64,000 nucleotides of DNA from an uncultured Nitrososphaerota archaeon (GTDB taxonomy: Archaea > Thermoproteota > EX4484-205 > JAAOZP01): assembly GCA_964616835.1 (NCBI GenBank), contig CAZTSG010000001.1:8830-72829 (forward strand). Reading direction: 5' to 3'. The notes below the pieces were generated by a model. The model ran no database searches. It saw only the letters and a program-made list of their open reading frames with translations, and was not told where the DNA came from. Position numbers and translations under genes: made by a program. Of the stretch, positions 35,838-46,478 are shown piece after piece (within the stretch, counting starts at the first letter, position 1; the number at the start of each line of letters is the position of its first letter).

Positions 35838-38800
35838 CTACACCCTCTCCCTAACCCTCAGCCTCGGAAATATTCCTAGGCTCATCAACTCTTGGAGCAG
35901 GAGCTTGAACGCGTAAGACATTTCTACGCCGCTGACGTCCTTCCCCTTCTCGCAGAGCGGGCAGACATGCTTCTTCTGCTTAGCATCGTAGTAAGCAAAG
36001 GTACCGCACTTCTCGCAAACATACACTATAGTCCTGTCCGACTCTTCTAAAAGCCTGTCTTGGAGAAGCCTGGCTGCGCCATGCCCTACTAGACAGTCTC
36101 TCTCCATCTCTCCAAACCTTAAGCCGCCGCCCCTGGACCTTCCTTCAGTAGGCTGGTGCGTAAGCATCTGGACTTGCCCTCTAGCCCTTGCATGCATCTT
36201 GTCCTTAACCATGTGGTGGAGCCTCTGATAGTAAATTATGCCCATGAAAACCTTTGCTCTGAAGCGTTTCCCAGTGATCCCATCTATGAAATCAAACTCG
36301 CCGTACGGCGAGAAGCCGTGTACTTCAAGAATCTTTTGAACCTCCTGCTCCGGAGCATGTATGAAAGTAGTGCCATCCATCCGCCTTCCCTCAAGTGCTG
36401 CGGCAATACCAAACAACGACTCGAGGAAGTGGCTTATCGTCATCCTAGACGGGATTGCATGCGGGTTTATCAAGAGGTCCGGAACCAAACCGTCCTCGGT
36501 GAAAGGCATATCTGTCTGGGGGACGAGCATTCCGATAACCCCCTTCTGACCAGACCTGGAGGCAAACTTGTCCCCTATCTCCGGAATCCTGTGATCTCTA
36601 ATCCTAACTTTTATCAACCGGTTGTTCTCCAAGTCCTCTGTTATCATCACACTATCCACGTAGCCGCTTTCAGACGGTTTAAGAGCGACAGAAGAGTCTC
36701 TCCGAGCAGGTGCTTGGAAAACAAGCTCCTTATATTCTTCGAAGAACCTCGGTGGGCTTGACCTGCCGACTATAACCTCCCCGCCCTTGACCTCTGCCTC
36801 AACCGAGACTATGCCGTCCTCCTCTATCTTAGCATAGGCCTCGTCCCCCCTGTATCCTCTGACCTGCGAATCAGGCTTCTCTATCCTATCAACCTCGCCC
36901 ATCGGGTACCTCCTGGCTTCAACCTCGTAAGACTTGTAGGTGGTTGATCTCGCTAGGCCGCGCTGAATCGACGCTGCGTTCAAAACTATGGCGTCCTCCA
37001 TGTTGTACGGGTGGGACAGTACCGCAACCATGAAATTCTGACCGATAGGCCTCTTATCCAAGCCTATGATCGGGTCGACTCTAGAGGCTACTAGTGGCGT
37101 CTGAGGATATGTCATAACGTGGAAAGTAGTGTAGAAAGAATTGCTGATGTTAGCGAACGGGAGCCCAAGCGCCTGCTTAGCCATCGCCGCCTCGTAAGTG
37201 TTCCTGGGCGAGTGGTTGTGCTCTGCGAAGGGGACGGTTGACGAGACGACGCCGAACATGAGTATCGGGCTTATCTCCAGATGCGTTGTTTCACTCGTAA
37301 CATCTTTCAAGGATACTGCTATAACAGCATTCTCCTCTTCATCGGCGTCTAGAAATTCAACCACTCCATTATTAACAAGGTCTTCGAAACTTATCTTGCC
37401 GAGGGCGAGCTTCGAAACATGGTCCTTGGTGAGCTTAACCTGCCCCTCTTCAACGACTATGAGGGGCCTCCTAACCCTTCCGGGGTCGGCGTTGAAATAA
37501 ACCTCCTTAACAATCCTGCCGCCGTAGTTAAACTCGTAATATGCTACGTTTATCTCCTGCGGTATTACTCCCCTCCTCCTCAGCCCCCTGATCTCCTTAA
37601 CCAGAGCCTCTCCAGAGTGGGAATAGCCGACTAGGACACCGTCTATGAATATTTTCGCAGCCGTGGAACGCGTCTCCGGATCAGCCTTGGTCACAGGTAC
37701 TAAGCCGAATTTTGAAAGAATCTTGTCGAGCATAGACTTGTCTGCCGATACGGAGACCTGTGCGCCTATGCTCATATTCTTCACGAGCCCACAATTCACG
37801 CCCTCAGGCGTCTCGTTCGGGTCTAGCTTGCCCCATTGAGTAGGATGCAGGTCTCTGGCGTCAAAGTTAGACTGGCTCCTGCTCAGTGGCGATTGGATTC
37901 TCCGCAGGTGGCTTAGGACGGAGAGATAATTAGTCCTGTCCAGTAGTTGAGTGACGCCGACAAGCCTCTTCCCCCAGTTTCCAGTAGCCATAGCTTGGTT
38001 GATGGAGTCTGTGATAAGACTGGTAGTGATCAGGTTTGAGAAAGAGTATATTGCTCTGTGCCTGAGGCTGAACTTTTCAAGCTGGTACCTGAAGTCTCTA
38101 ACCATCCTCCTGAATGATGTTCTGAAAAGCTCTGCGAGAAGCCCGCCGGCAAGCCTGATCCTCTTATTCTTATAATGGTCCTTGTCGTCGGGGGGACGCC
38201 AGCCGAGCTTCATTGCTAGGATCCTCTCAGCCATCTCGCAGAGGAAAAGCGCCTTACTGTATCTGGAAGACTCATCCATACCGATGTGGGGCAGTAGGAT
38301 CTTGTCTAGAACGTTCTGAGTCTTGTTTAAACGAACCCTATCAGACTGGCCGTAGGCAACCCTGTTACCTATGTACATTATAGCGTCCTCCTTGCTCATA
38401 ATATTCTGCGCAGCGTCGAAAGACGGTGCCAGCAATTCCTGGATCTCGGGGAACGGTGAAACATGTTCCGCTATCTCCTTGTCCGAAGTCATTCCCAAAG
38501 CCTTCAGCATTATTACGAATGGGATCTCCTGCCCGACACCGGGGAGATAGACCTTAAGCTCGTTGCTCTGCCCCTTCAGCCTCACCTCAACCCTGGTCCT
38601 ATAGCCTACTGTGGTGGAGAACACGCGTGCAATGTAGAAGGAGTAGGGCCCTATCTTCTTCTCCTCGAGAATTATCCTGTTCGGAGCAAGGTCTTCAACA
38701 CCGACAATGATCCTCTCGGAGCCGTTTATTATGAAGTAGCCACCGGGGTCATAGGGGTCTTCCCCAAGCCTAATCCTCGCCTCCGGACTGAGGCCGGCGA

Positions 38801-39200
38801 GTGCGCAATACCTCGAGTTAACCATGATCGGTATCTCCCCTATAAGGACTTCCTGCCTCGTCTCCCTACCGTCCCTCAGCTCCTTAACCTCTAGGTAAAC
38901 TGGGGCGGAGTATGTGAAGTTCCTCATCCTCGCCTCCATGGGGTATACGTTTCTCACAGCACCGCTCGGCTCTATGATCCTCGGAACGTGAACACGTATT
39001 TCTCCAAACTCTACGCGGATAGTCTTATCCTCTACAGTAACCTCTATATTCTTAACCTCGTCCACTATCTTCTGCATATCCTTGTCTACGAACTCGTTGA
39101 ACGAGTCTATATGGTGCCTCGCCAACCCAATGCTCCTTATATGGTGCTCGGCAACCACCCACAGGTCTGCTTCACTAAGCTCCTCAGCCATGTTGCTCAA
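35838..39200 (-). CDS. rpoB: DNA-directed RNA polymerase subunit B (unsplit)
   Basis: 1120 aa. Conserved B-subunit blocks ([11 protein letters not shown]-like [11 protein letters not shown]-terminal zinc motif CEKCG...CPLC). Confidence 0.95.
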   Translation of the reverse strand: MSNMAEELSEADLWVVAEHHIRSIGLARHHIDSFNEFVDKDMQKIVDEVKNIEVTVEDKTIRVEFGEIRVHVPRIIEPSGAVRNVYPMEARMRNFTYSAPVYLEVKELRDGRETRQEVLIGEIPIMVNSRYCALAGLSPEARIRLGEDPYDPGGYFIINGSERIIVGVEDLAPNRIILEEKKIGPYSFYIARVFSTTVGYRTRVEVRLKGQSNELKVYLPGVGQEIPFVIMLKALGMTSDKEIAEHVSPFPEIQELLAPSFDAAQNIMSKEDAIMYIGNRVAYGQSDRVRLNKTQNVLDKILLPHIGMDESSRYSKALFLCEMAERILAMKLGWRPPDDKDHYKNKRIRLAGGLLAELFRTSFRRMVRDFRYQLEKFSLRHRAIYSFSNLITTSLITDSINQAMATGNWGKRLVGVTQLLDRTNYLSVLSHLRRIQSPLSRSQSNFDARDLHPTQWGKLDPNETPEGVNCGLVKNMSIGAQVSVSADKSMLDKILSKFGLVPVTKADPETRSTAAKIFIDGVLVGYSHSGEALVKEIRGLRRRGVIPQEINVAYYEFNYGGRIVKEVYFNADPGRVRRPLIVVEEGQVKLTKDHVSKLALGKISFEDLVNNGVVEFLDADEEENAVIAVSLKDVTSETTHLEISPILMFGVVSSTVPFAEHNHSPRNTYEAAMAKQALGLPFANISNSFYTTFHVMTYPQTPLVASRVDPIIGLDKRPIGQNFMVAVLSHPYNMEDAIVLNAASIQRGLARSTTYKSYEVEARRYPMGEVDRIEKPDSQVRGYRGDEAYAKIEEDGIVSVEAEVKGGEVIVGRSSPPRFFEEYKELVFQAPARRDSSVALKPSESGYVDSVMITEDLENNRLIKVRIRDHRIPEIGDKFASRSGQKGVIGMLVPQTDMPFTEDGLVPDLLINPHAIPSRMTISHFLESLFGIAAALEGRRMDGTTFIHAPEQEVQKILEVHGFSPYGEFDFIDGITGKRFRAKVFMGIIYYQRLHHMVKDKMHARARGQVQMLTHQPTEGRSRGGGLRFGEMERDCLVGHGAARLLQDRLLEESDRTIVYVCEKCGTFAYYDAKQKKHVCPLCEKGKDVSGVEMSYAFKLLLQELMSLGIFPRLRVRERV

Positions 39201-39454
39201 CCCTCTACCACTACGCGGTACGCCAGAGTTTCCCCAGCAACCGGGCTCTTCCTCACTACCTCGACAATATCCCCCGGCTTAGCTCCTATTGCTATCGCAA
39301 CAGGATCGCTGTTAAGCATCTTAGGCAACTGGGAGGGCTTAATATCGTACTTCTTGAGAAGGGCTTCCTTCTCCTCAGTAGATAAAATCCGGTGACGGGG
39401 CACTAAAACATGGTCGAGTATGTTCACTTTACTAATGTTTTTCTTACTAACCAA
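39197..39454 (-). CDS. rpoH: DNA-directed RNA polymerase subunit H (Rpb5-like)
   Basis: 85 aa, [14 protein letters not shown]...[10 protein letters not shown]. Stop overlaps the rpoB start. Confidence 0.85.
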   Translation of the reverse strand: MVSKKNISKVNILDHVLVPRHRILSTEEKEALLKKYDIKPSQLPKMLNSDPVAIAIGAKPGDIVEVVRKSPVAGETLAYRVVVEG

Positions 39455-39750
39455 GCAGCGTCGAGTGGGGTAGGGAAAAGGTGGTAATAAACGTTTCCCC
39501 TTTAAAAGAAGCCGGGAAGCTGGTTTTCAACCTCGGAAACACAGGGGGCAGCCGATTAAACCTCAAGTCCGCAGCACGACGCTTCGTCGAAGCCAGCGTC
39601 TTCTACACAATATCCCGCCCGCCGGCATTTTAACACCTTAATTGAGCTTTGGAAACAACGCCACCTGAAGAATGAAGAATTAATCAAACAGGGGCTTAAA
39701 ACCCTTGGGAGAAAAGTTAAATAAGGACATTGGGCTTAAAAGAGAAATGT

Positions 39751-39892
39751 CCCGCGGTAGCTCAGCCTGGTAGAGCTTCCGGCTGTAGTCCTCCACCGCG
39801 GGTGGGGGCGTTCAGCCTACCGGGCGAACAGAAACCGGAGAGCCGCGCGTGCCGCGCCTGGAGTGTCGCTGGTTCAAATCCAGCCCGCGGGA
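39751..39892 (+). tRNA. tRNA-Tyr (anticodon GUA) with an approximately 68-nt intron at the canonical 37/38 position
   Basis: Acceptor CCCGCGG/CCGCGGG with C1-G72 and A73 (archaeal Tyr identity). D-arm GCTC...GAGC. Anticodon stem TCCGG/CTGGA (one G-U) with loop CTGTAG|intron|C. T-arm GCTGG-TTCAAAT-CCAGC. Confidence 0.65.
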
Positions 39893-40088
39893 CTTCTAGA
39901 AAGCTCAAAAGTTTGTGTCTCATATGCAACAATATGTCTTAATTCGTCTTGAAGATTTATTAACATAAATCTCTTGCTTATCCTTCCCATCTATCTTCCA
40001 TCTATCTTGTTTTAGAAACCGCTTTTTAATTTAAAGGCTCTAATTAATTTTTGTTATTTTTTCTTATTAACAGTGAATACTTAAATAT

Positions 40089-40436
40089 ATGTACTCTCAT
40101 AATACTGGAGCCATGAAGCAAGCGGGGAAGAAGCCAGAGGTATTCAAGGCAAAAGTGTTTAAGGCTTTAAGCGATCCTGCTAGACTGGAGATCATTGAGC
40201 TACTTAAGGGAGGAGGAAAGTATGTCAGCGATATTGTTAAGAAGACCGGTGTTGTTCAGCCAGCGGTTTCACGCCACTTGAAGATACTTAAGGAGTGCGG
40301 TGTGGTTGAGGAAAGTAAAGTTGGGAATAAGAGGCTTTACAAGGTTACTGACGCAAGGATATTCAAAGTCATTAACTCGCTCGATCCAAACTTGATAGAG
40401 GGTCTGAAAAAGCACGTGCTTGAGCGCATGGTTTAA
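40089..40436 (+). CDS. ArsR/SmtB family transcriptional regulator
   Basis: HTH region LSDPARLEIIELLKGGGKYVSDIVKKTGVVQPAVSRHLKILKECGVV. 115 aa. Confidence 0.7.
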   Translation: MYSHNTGAMKQAGKKPEVFKAKVFKALSDPARLEIIELLKGGGKYVSDIVKKTGVVQPAVSRHLKILKECGVVEESKVGNKRLYKVTDARIFKVINSLDPNLIEGLKKHVLERMV

Positions 40437-40490
40437 AGCTCGGATTAATCTGGAAAAACTTCAGCGAGACAGCCGCTCGATTAGTATTTT

Positions 40491-41054
40491 CTATGCTTTC
40501 CACCATTTAGATACTAGATACTTTACATCATCATTCTTCACATCGGCGATCGCAAAAACAAACAGTTTTTTCACAGATGTTGCAAGCCTTCCCGCGCGGA
40601 CGAAGTCCGGCGCGTCTATCTTGTCACTAACCTTCTTGACTTCAAGTATTGCTGGCGCATGGTCTATCCCTGGGCCATGTTCGTAGATCGCAAAGTCGCA
40701 TCCGAATTTTATTCCCGGTGTGACTACGAACCCTCTGTTCCTAAGGTCCCTGTAAACTATGAATTTGCTTTTAAAATCCTCGTGGATTCTCGAGGCTATT
40801 CTCAGTAATTGTTCGGAAGTAACTTCCTTCCCCTCTCTGTCAACGACTCTTATCACCCTTTTTTCCAAGAGGTATAGTCCCTCGAACAAGTCTAGCGTTA
40901 GGGGGGCGTTGAAATTAAAATCCTTGGGTTTCGGAATGCCGACGGGCTTGCCGAAGAAACCCATTTTGTATACTTCTTGCGAGTGTGCAATATCCCATAT
41001 TATCAAGCGGTCTCCTACGAGTTCAGCGATTATTTCAGCCGGTGTACTGCTCAT
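40491..41054 (-). CDS. endA: tRNA-splicing endonuclease (catalytic subunit type)
   Basis: C-terminal catalytic domain motif VVTPGIKFGCDFAIYEHGPGIDHAPAILEVKK (G.KFG.DF.Y...H...). 187 aa. Confidence 0.75.
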   Translation of the reverse strand: MSSTPAEIIAELVGDRLIIWDIAHSQEVYKMGFFGKPVGIPKPKDFNFNAPLTLDLFEGLYLLEKRVIRVVDREGKEVTSEQLLRIASRIHEDFKSKFIVYRDLRNRGFVVTPGIKFGCDFAIYEHGPGIDHAPAILEVKKVSDKIDAPDFVRAGRLATSVKKLFVFAIADVKNDDVKYLVSKWWKA

Positions 41055-41069
41055 TTCTCAAACACTCTT

Positions 41070-41729
41070 TTAGAAAACGCTTAGAGATAATACTCTTGCC
41101 GCGTCTGCCGCGTCTGCAGCCCTGTCTACGACCTCCTCTATGAGGTTTGCAACATCCTTTAGAAGTAAGATCGTGGGGGTGTCCGTTTTTGAAAATATTA
41201 TCTTTATCTCAAGGGATCTGAAGAGGCTGTCAACCTCCTTCTCGCACGTTTCAACGTTCCTTGCGAATTCCTGTATTTTTGAAGTTTCAAAGCCTAGTGT
41301 GAATATTGCCTCCCTCATCTTAACGACAGCATCCAGAGCCTTTACCGTCAACTCTTTAAAATGCTCCTTCAAACCCTTCTCCACAGTCTTCTTCCTGAGG
41401 AAGAACTCTCTGAGCCTATATATTATTCCTTCGCAGAGATCTGGTATTCCAGTTAGCGGTGATGCTAGTCTGAGAAAATCCTCCCTGCTTACCATTATGG
41501 CTCCCGCTTCAATAAGATCGTTCGAAAGGCTTCTCTTAGTCTCTATAGACTTGTTTTTAAGGGCAACTACATTGTTTAAAGACTCATCCAGTTTAGAAAG
41601 GTCGTCGTCGAAACATGCTAGGACAAGATTGTGGACTTCTCTAACCGAGTCTACAGCGTACCTCGCAAGCTCCTGGCATGTTTGCAGGAGCTGTCGTTTA
41701 AGCCGTAGTGTTGTCTCGGTGGGATACAT
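41070..41729 (-). CDS. PhoU-like / DUF47 family protein (putative phosphate-transport regulator related)
   Basis: 219 aa, all-helical with repeated ExxxD-type acidic helix motifs. Weak recollection of the DUF47/PhoU_div family. Confidence 0.3.
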   Translation of the reverse strand: MYPTETTLRLKRQLLQTCQELARYAVDSVREVHNLVLACFDDDLSKLDESLNNVVALKNKSIETKRSLSNDLIEAGAIMVSREDFLRLASPLTGIPDLCEGIIYRLREFFLRKKTVEKGLKEHFKELTVKALDAVVKMREAIFTLGFETSKIQEFARNVETCEKEVDSLFRSLEIKIIFSKTDTPTILLLKDVANLIEEVVDRAADAADAARVLSLSVF

Positions 41730-41832
41730 TTCTCAACTATCCTGTTTTCCCTCATTATCGATAGTGGTGTTCAGAGTTTTAAGCTTTTTCCGAGGAGTAC
41801 TGACTTATTCGAGTTTTTATAACCGTTTAATT

Positions 41833-43353
41833 TTAAACCGAGGGCCTGGGTGTTGAAAGCAGTCTGTTAAGCTCAGTAGGCAGGCTGGCTATGCTTATCC
41901 TCTTCTGCTCCCTGGTGTCTCTAAACCTCAGCGTTACAGTATCGTCTGAAAAAGTCTGGTGGTCTATGGTTATTGCAAACGGTATTCCTATTTCGTCGGC
42001 TCTAGCATACCTGCGGCCGATGCTTCCAGAATCGTCAAAGTTCACTTTGAAATCGCTCAGATAATCTGCTACCTCCCTGGCCTTAGCTATGAAATCCGGC
42101 TTTGAAAGCAGTGGGAAAACAGAGACATCGAACGGCGAGAGATAGGGAGGTATGGAGAGGTATGTCCGCCCGTCTTCGTCAACTCTCAGGCTGTACTCTA
42201 GGAGAGCGTAGAGGAGCCTCTCTGCGCCGAAGCTGGGCTCCACCACATGGGGAACTATCTTCCTATTGGTTGAAGAAATGAAAACACTCATGTCCTCGCC
42301 GCTAACCCTCATGTGTCCAGAAAGATCATAATCGGTTCTGTAAGCGAATCCCGCTACCTCCGTCCACCCCCATGACTCTAGAAGAACCTCGCAGTCGAAG
42401 AGTTGCTTAGCGTAATGAGCCCTCTCGTTCGGAAGCTTCTCCCTAAACCTGTAGGAGCCATCCGGTATCCCCAGGGCCTTGAGAAAGCTCTTCGTCAGAA
42501 CCAGGAAGAAGGGTATCCAGTTGTTGCTGAAAAACCCTTTTTCAACAGCATCTCTTACCTTGATGCTTCGCAATCCTGAGAACCCCTTCTCCTGTTCCTC
42601 CGCGGTCAACACGGGTATTGTTTCCTCCAAATACTTCTCGTCCAGTGGCCCAGTGTTAGTGTCCGGGTCGAAGAAGAACTCGACTTCCATTATGGTGAAT
42701 TCCCTGAGCCGAATAGGGCCCTGCCTCGGCGAGATCTCGTTCCTGAAGACCTTTCCCACTTGAGCGATTCCCAGCGGCAGGCTTGACCTGCCGTGGACAT
42801 AGAGCCTCTTGAACTCTGTGAATATTCCTTGAGCAGTCTCGGGACGTAGGTAGCCGGGGTCGCCCACTCCTATCTCTGTCTTAAACATTAAAAGCCATTG
42901 GAAAGACTTTGAAAAGCTCTCGCCGCAATTGGGGCACTTAACCTTGTTGCGTGCAACCAGCTTATCTATATGTTCTAAAGATGCTCCTTCAGGAACGTTA
43001 ATGCCGGCCTCGCTTAACAGATGGTCGGCGCGGAAGACTGAGCCGCACTTCTCGCACTTCAAAGCCTTATCTGTAAACTGGGTTTCATGACCTGAGGCCA
43101 CGTAGACTGGTCTAGGACCTATTACCGGGGACTCTATTATTTGAAAATTCCTAGAGTACACAAAGTATTTTATCCAAAGGTTTTCTAAACGCCTTTTTAT
43201 CTCGAAACCCAGGTTCCCCAGGGTTAATAGGCCCTTAACTCCACCATATATCTCGTAAGAAGGCCAGAATATTCCGCGACGCTTAGCCAACTCTATGAGA
43301 ACATCCGTTTTCTTCTGCTTCATTGCAGACAAGACGTTTCCGCTAACGAACAT
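41833..43353 (-). CDS. glyS: glycine--tRNA ligase (archaeal/eukaryotic alpha2 type)
   Basis: N-terminal SYEIYGGVKGLLTLGNLGFEIKRRLENLW and class II motif GIAQVGKVFRNEISPRQGPIRLREF. 506 aa. Confidence 0.85.
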   Translation of the reverse strand: MFVSGNVLSAMKQKKTDVLIELAKRRGIFWPSYEIYGGVKGLLTLGNLGFEIKRRLENLWIKYFVYSRNFQIIESPVIGPRPVYVASGHETQFTDKALKCEKCGSVFRADHLLSEAGINVPEGASLEHIDKLVARNKVKCPNCGESFSKSFQWLLMFKTEIGVGDPGYLRPETAQGIFTEFKRLYVHGRSSLPLGIAQVGKVFRNEISPRQGPIRLREFTIMEVEFFFDPDTNTGPLDEKYLEETIPVLTAEEQEKGFSGLRSIKVRDAVEKGFFSNNWIPFFLVLTKSFLKALGIPDGSYRFREKLPNERAHYAKQLFDCEVLLESWGWTEVAGFAYRTDYDLSGHMRVSGEDMSVFISSTNRKIVPHVVEPSFGAERLLYALLEYSLRVDEDGRTYLSIPPYLSPFDVSVFPLLSKPDFIAKAREVADYLSDFKVNFDDSGSIGRRYARADEIGIPFAITIDHQTFSDDTVTLRFRDTREQKRISIASLPTELNRLLSTPRPSV

Positions 43354-43381
43354 AACCTAATAAACCTTAGTGCCAGAATAT

Positions 43382-43744
43382 TTACAATAAGGGTAATCCC
43401 CCAGTAATCTTATTCATCAACTCTTCTGGAGCCGGGCCCAAGCCCAGACAGGTCACTGTGCCGGGGGGCAGCTCAGTAAGACCCATGTCGGAAATTAGGC
43501 AGGCCGCAACCCCCTCTTTTAAAGCCTCATCCCTGATCTTGAACAGCTCCTCTAGGGATTTGACTCTCAGGACGATTTTCCTCTGCCCCTCCTTAAACCA
43601 TTCTTCAAACCAATCGGGTTTAAGCCTTCGGGTTTCCTCGGCTGCTGAGACTGCTGCGTGTGCGACTTGGGCGCAGGCCTTGCCCAATGACATTTTCAAA
43701 TCCTCTCTAACCACTATGCATTGCTTAAACCTGAAGCTACTCAT
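43382..43744 (-). CDS. pth: peptidyl-tRNA hydrolase, archaeal PTH2 type
   Basis: 120 aa. CIVVREDLKMSLGKACAQVAHAAV ... GLGP motif typical of PTH2. Confidence 0.8.
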   Translation of the reverse strand: MSSFRFKQCIVVREDLKMSLGKACAQVAHAAVSAAEETRRLKPDWFEEWFKEGQRKIVLRVKSLEELFKIRDEALKEGVAACLISDMGLTELPPGTVTCLGLGPAPEELMNKITGGLPLL

Positions 43745-43835
43745 CCGGCTTTAGAATCGTGATAAAGGCTTAAGCTTTTCCCAAATCCTCTACCGCTAAG
43801 CTTATTAATACAGCTGGTTCATACCGGTGCGCAAA

Positions 43836-43997
43836 ATGGTAGTATGCATGTCGTGCAATAGGCCGATAGACCCCTACGAGAGATACGTGAAGTTCACATG
43901 CTTTAACTGCGGCGAAGTAACCATATGGCGTTGCGAGAAATGTAGAACGTTCTCTAGAGAAGTTAAGTGCCCGAAATGCGGTTACACGATGCCCTAG
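43836..43997 (+). CDS. small zinc-ribbon protein (four CxxC pairs, 53 aa), below the ORF-track size cut-off
   Basis: Translated directly: MVVCMSCNRPIDPYERYVKFTCFNCGEVTIWRCEKCRTFSREVKCPKCGYTMP*. Confidence 0.45.
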   Translation: MVVCMSCNRPIDPYERYVKFTCFNCGEVTIWRCEKCRTFSREVKCPKCGYTMP

Positions 43998-44139
43998 CTC
44001 CTTAAAATAGTTCCCAAGGTAATCGCTTACTGAACGCTTGAGAAAAGCTTTATATAGTTTTTGAAGAATCGTGGGTCGTGTTGTTGCGTGGAAACATCAA
44101 GTTGGTTGCTTCGAATCCACGGGCTGGAGGAGAAGAGTG

Positions 44140-44427
44140 ATGAAGCAAATAATCTATACTCTGAGGATTTTCCCCGACGAGAACACTACGGATTTAGACG
44201 GGCTCCTTAAGAGGATAGAAGAGAATCTGAAGAGCGGTAGGATAATTGCTCATCAAGTGGCAGAACACTTCTTCGGCATGAAGATCCTCCTAGTGAATGT
44301 AGAGGCTCCTGAAGTAGACGGGGTTTCTGACAGGATTGAGGAGGAGATCAGGAATACGAACGGGGTCTCTGAGATGGAAATTTTAAACGTAACTAGGAAA
44401 GTGGAGGTTTGGAAAGAGGGTGGTTAG
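44140..44427 (+). CDS. ef1b: translation elongation factor 1-beta (aEF-1B); likely start at the internal ATG 44140 of the 44071 ORF
   Basis: About 96 aa from MKQIIYTLRIFPDE... with the conserved EF-1B pattern (ILLVNVEAPEVDGVSDRIEEEIRN...VSEMEI). A TATA-like TTTATATA lies at ~44042-44049. Confidence 0.7.
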   Translation: MKQIIYTLRIFPDENTTDLDGLLKRIEENLKSGRIIAHQVAEHFFGMKILLVNVEAPEVDGVSDRIEEEIRNTNGVSEMEILNVTRKVEVWKEGG

Positions 44428-44665
44428 GACATCCGAAGAGGACAGGAGGATAATCCCGCTTAGAAACTATATTTTCGACATCCTTGAGAAGAAAAAGAGC
44501 ATTACTCTCTCGGAGCTTTTAAGAGGTTTGGAGAAGGACGTGGGGAGAGTAAGCATCTCCGAGGTCGAGAGAGAGCTGATGGCGATGGAGATAAGAGGGA
44601 TACTCCGGGTCTTCGCCTCGGGGAAGAAGGATCAAAGGCTGGAGCTCGTGAGCCCCGGCGGTTGA
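44420..44665 (+). CDS. hypothetical small protein (possible winged-helix)
   Basis: 81-aa ORF overlapping the ef1b stop by 8 nt. No family recognised. Confidence 0.3.
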   Translation: MVRTSEEDRRIIPLRNYIFDILEKKKSITLSELLRGLEKDVGRVSISEVERELMAMEIRGILRVFASGKKDQRLELVSPGG

Positions 44666-44719
44666 ACCGGCTTCCAAACCCGAAACCGTTAATAGCTTCC
44701 CGAGCTCTACATACTTGTA

Positions 44720-45742
44720 ATGGGTGTTCAACTGGGAGACATAATTCCGGCGAGGGAGATAAGGCTGGAGAGCCTTTATAACAAGAGGATTGCGATAGAC
44801 ATGTATAACACGCTCTACCAGTTTCTCACTATAATAAGGGGGGCTGACGGAAGGCCTCTAATGGATGCTAAGGGAAGGATCACGAGCCACCTTTCGGGAA
44901 TATTCTATAGGACGTGCAACTTTCTCTCTGCGGGGCTTAAGCCGATTTACGTCTTCGACGGCGAGCCTCCGAAGATTAAGAGGGAGGAATCGGAGAGAAG
45001 AAGGATGCTGCGTGAGGAAGCCTCTAGGAAATACGAGGAGGCCTTAGCAACCGGGAGGATTGAGGAGGCTCGTAAGTACGCACAGATGTCCGCGACCCTA
45101 GACGAGTATCTTATTCAATCGGCTGAGAAGCTAATCAGCCTAATGGGCATACCTGTCGTACACGCGCCGTCGGAGGGGGAGGCTCAGGCTGCGCACATGG
45201 TTTCTACGGGCGTGGCAGACTATGTTGGCAGCCAGGATTTCGACTCCCTCCTATTCGGGGGGAAGATGCTCGTGAGAAACCTTGCGATAACGGGTAGAAG
45301 GAAGCTCCCAGGTAAGAAAGCGTACGTGGAGGTTAATCCAGAGGAGATCTCTCTGGAAGAGACTTTGAAGACGCTTGCGATCACTAGGGAGCAGTTGATA
45401 GATATTGCTCTGCTCGTAGGCACTGATTACACTGAGGGTATAAAGGGCATTGGACCCAAGAGGGCGCTGGAGCTCGTTAGAAGCGGGTTGAGCCTGGAAG
45501 ATGTTTTCAAGAAGTACGGAGAAGACTTGTCTAAGATCTCGAGATATTACGAGGCTAAGGAATTCTTCCTGCATCCGCAGGTTAAGGACTTGGGCGAGCT
45601 GGAGTGGAGAGATATAGATGAGGATGGTGTTATAAGATTCCTGCACGACGAGCATGACTTCTCCTTGGACAGGGTTGCAAAAGCCATTGAAGAGGTTAAG
45701 AAGAAAAAGCCTGCGGAAGGAGCCTTATCAAAGTGGTTTTAA
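44720..45742 (+). CDS. fen: flap endonuclease 1
   Basis: N-terminal MGVQLGDIIPAREIRLESLYNKRIAIDMYNTLYQFL and 340 aa, a classic FEN-1. Confidence 0.9.
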   Translation: MGVQLGDIIPAREIRLESLYNKRIAIDMYNTLYQFLTIIRGADGRPLMDAKGRITSHLSGIFYRTCNFLSAGLKPIYVFDGEPPKIKREESERRRMLREEASRKYEEALATGRIEEARKYAQMSATLDEYLIQSAEKLISLMGIPVVHAPSEGEAQAAHMVSTGVADYVGSQDFDSLLFGGKMLVRNLAITGRRKLPGKKAYVEVNPEEISLEETLKTLAITREQLIDIALLVGTDYTEGIKGIGPKRALELVRSGLSLEDVFKKYGEDLSKISRYYEAKEFFLHPQVKDLGELEWRDIDEDGVIRFLHDEHDFSLDRVAKAIEEVKKKKPAEGALSKWF

Positions 45743-45743
45743 A

Positions 45744-46430
45744 CTAGAAGCCGTATTCTCCTCTCAGCGGGACAAATATCACCGGCCCCATGTTAATTGT
45801 GCTCACCCTCCCCTTCTCATCCTTCTTGACGAGCATTAGGTTCTGCTCAAAAAACTCTGATTGGACGGGTATTACCATTCTTCCATTCGGCTTCAACTGC
45901 TCTATGAGCGGCTCAGGGATTCTTGGCGCTGCAGCAGTTACCGAAATACAGTCGTATGGCGCTTCCTCCCAATAGCCCTTTGACCCGTCTCCCTCTATTA
46001 CTTTAACAACCTTGTCAAACCCGAGCCTGGAGAGGTTTCTTCTTGCAAACTCGACCAGCCTATGGTTTATTTCAATCGTGAAGACCAAGGGCTTTGAAGA
46101 ATCCAGATTAGGACAGGTTAAAACAGCTAGAGTAGCTGCATGATACCCCCCGCCGGTACCTACTTCAAGGATTTTCTCACCCACTTGAACATTCAGAAGC
46201 TCATTCATTATCGCAACCATGTGGGGTGCCGATATGGTCTGGTTAGTATCCCCTAGGGGCAGGGGGATATCGTCGTAAGCATGCTTCAACTGGTCTGGCC
46301 ACACAAACTCGTGCCTAGGCACCCTCAGCATAGCGTTCTTCACTTTTTCTGTTTTTATCACCCCCTCTTCAACGAGTTGCTCCACAAGCCTTCTCCTCTT
46401 TTCAAAATACGGATCTGAACTCTTCTCCAT
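45744..46430 (-). CDS. pcm: protein-L-isoaspartate O-methyltransferase
   Basis: SAM-binding motif ILEVGTGGGYHAATLAVL. 228 aa. Confidence 0.85.
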   Translation of the reverse strand: MEKSSDPYFEKRRRLVEQLVEEGVIKTEKVKNAMLRVPRHEFVWPDQLKHAYDDIPLPLGDTNQTISAPHMVAIMNELLNVQVGEKILEVGTGGGYHAATLAVLTCPNLDSSKPLVFTIEINHRLVEFARRNLSRLGFDKVVKVIEGDGSKGYWEEAPYDCISVTAAAPRIPEPLIEQLKPNGRMVIPVQSEFFEQNLMLVKKDEKGRVSTINMGPVIFVPLRGEYGF

Positions 46431-46478
46431 CCTTCTCCTAAACGATATTTCTTAAATCTGGGATAAAACCGTTTTTTA

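Noticed and set aside
36156-39395. Several 60-200-aa plus-strand ORFs across the rpoB locus
   Set aside because: They lie antisense to the 1120-aa rpoB with unambiguous homology. They are shadow ORFs.
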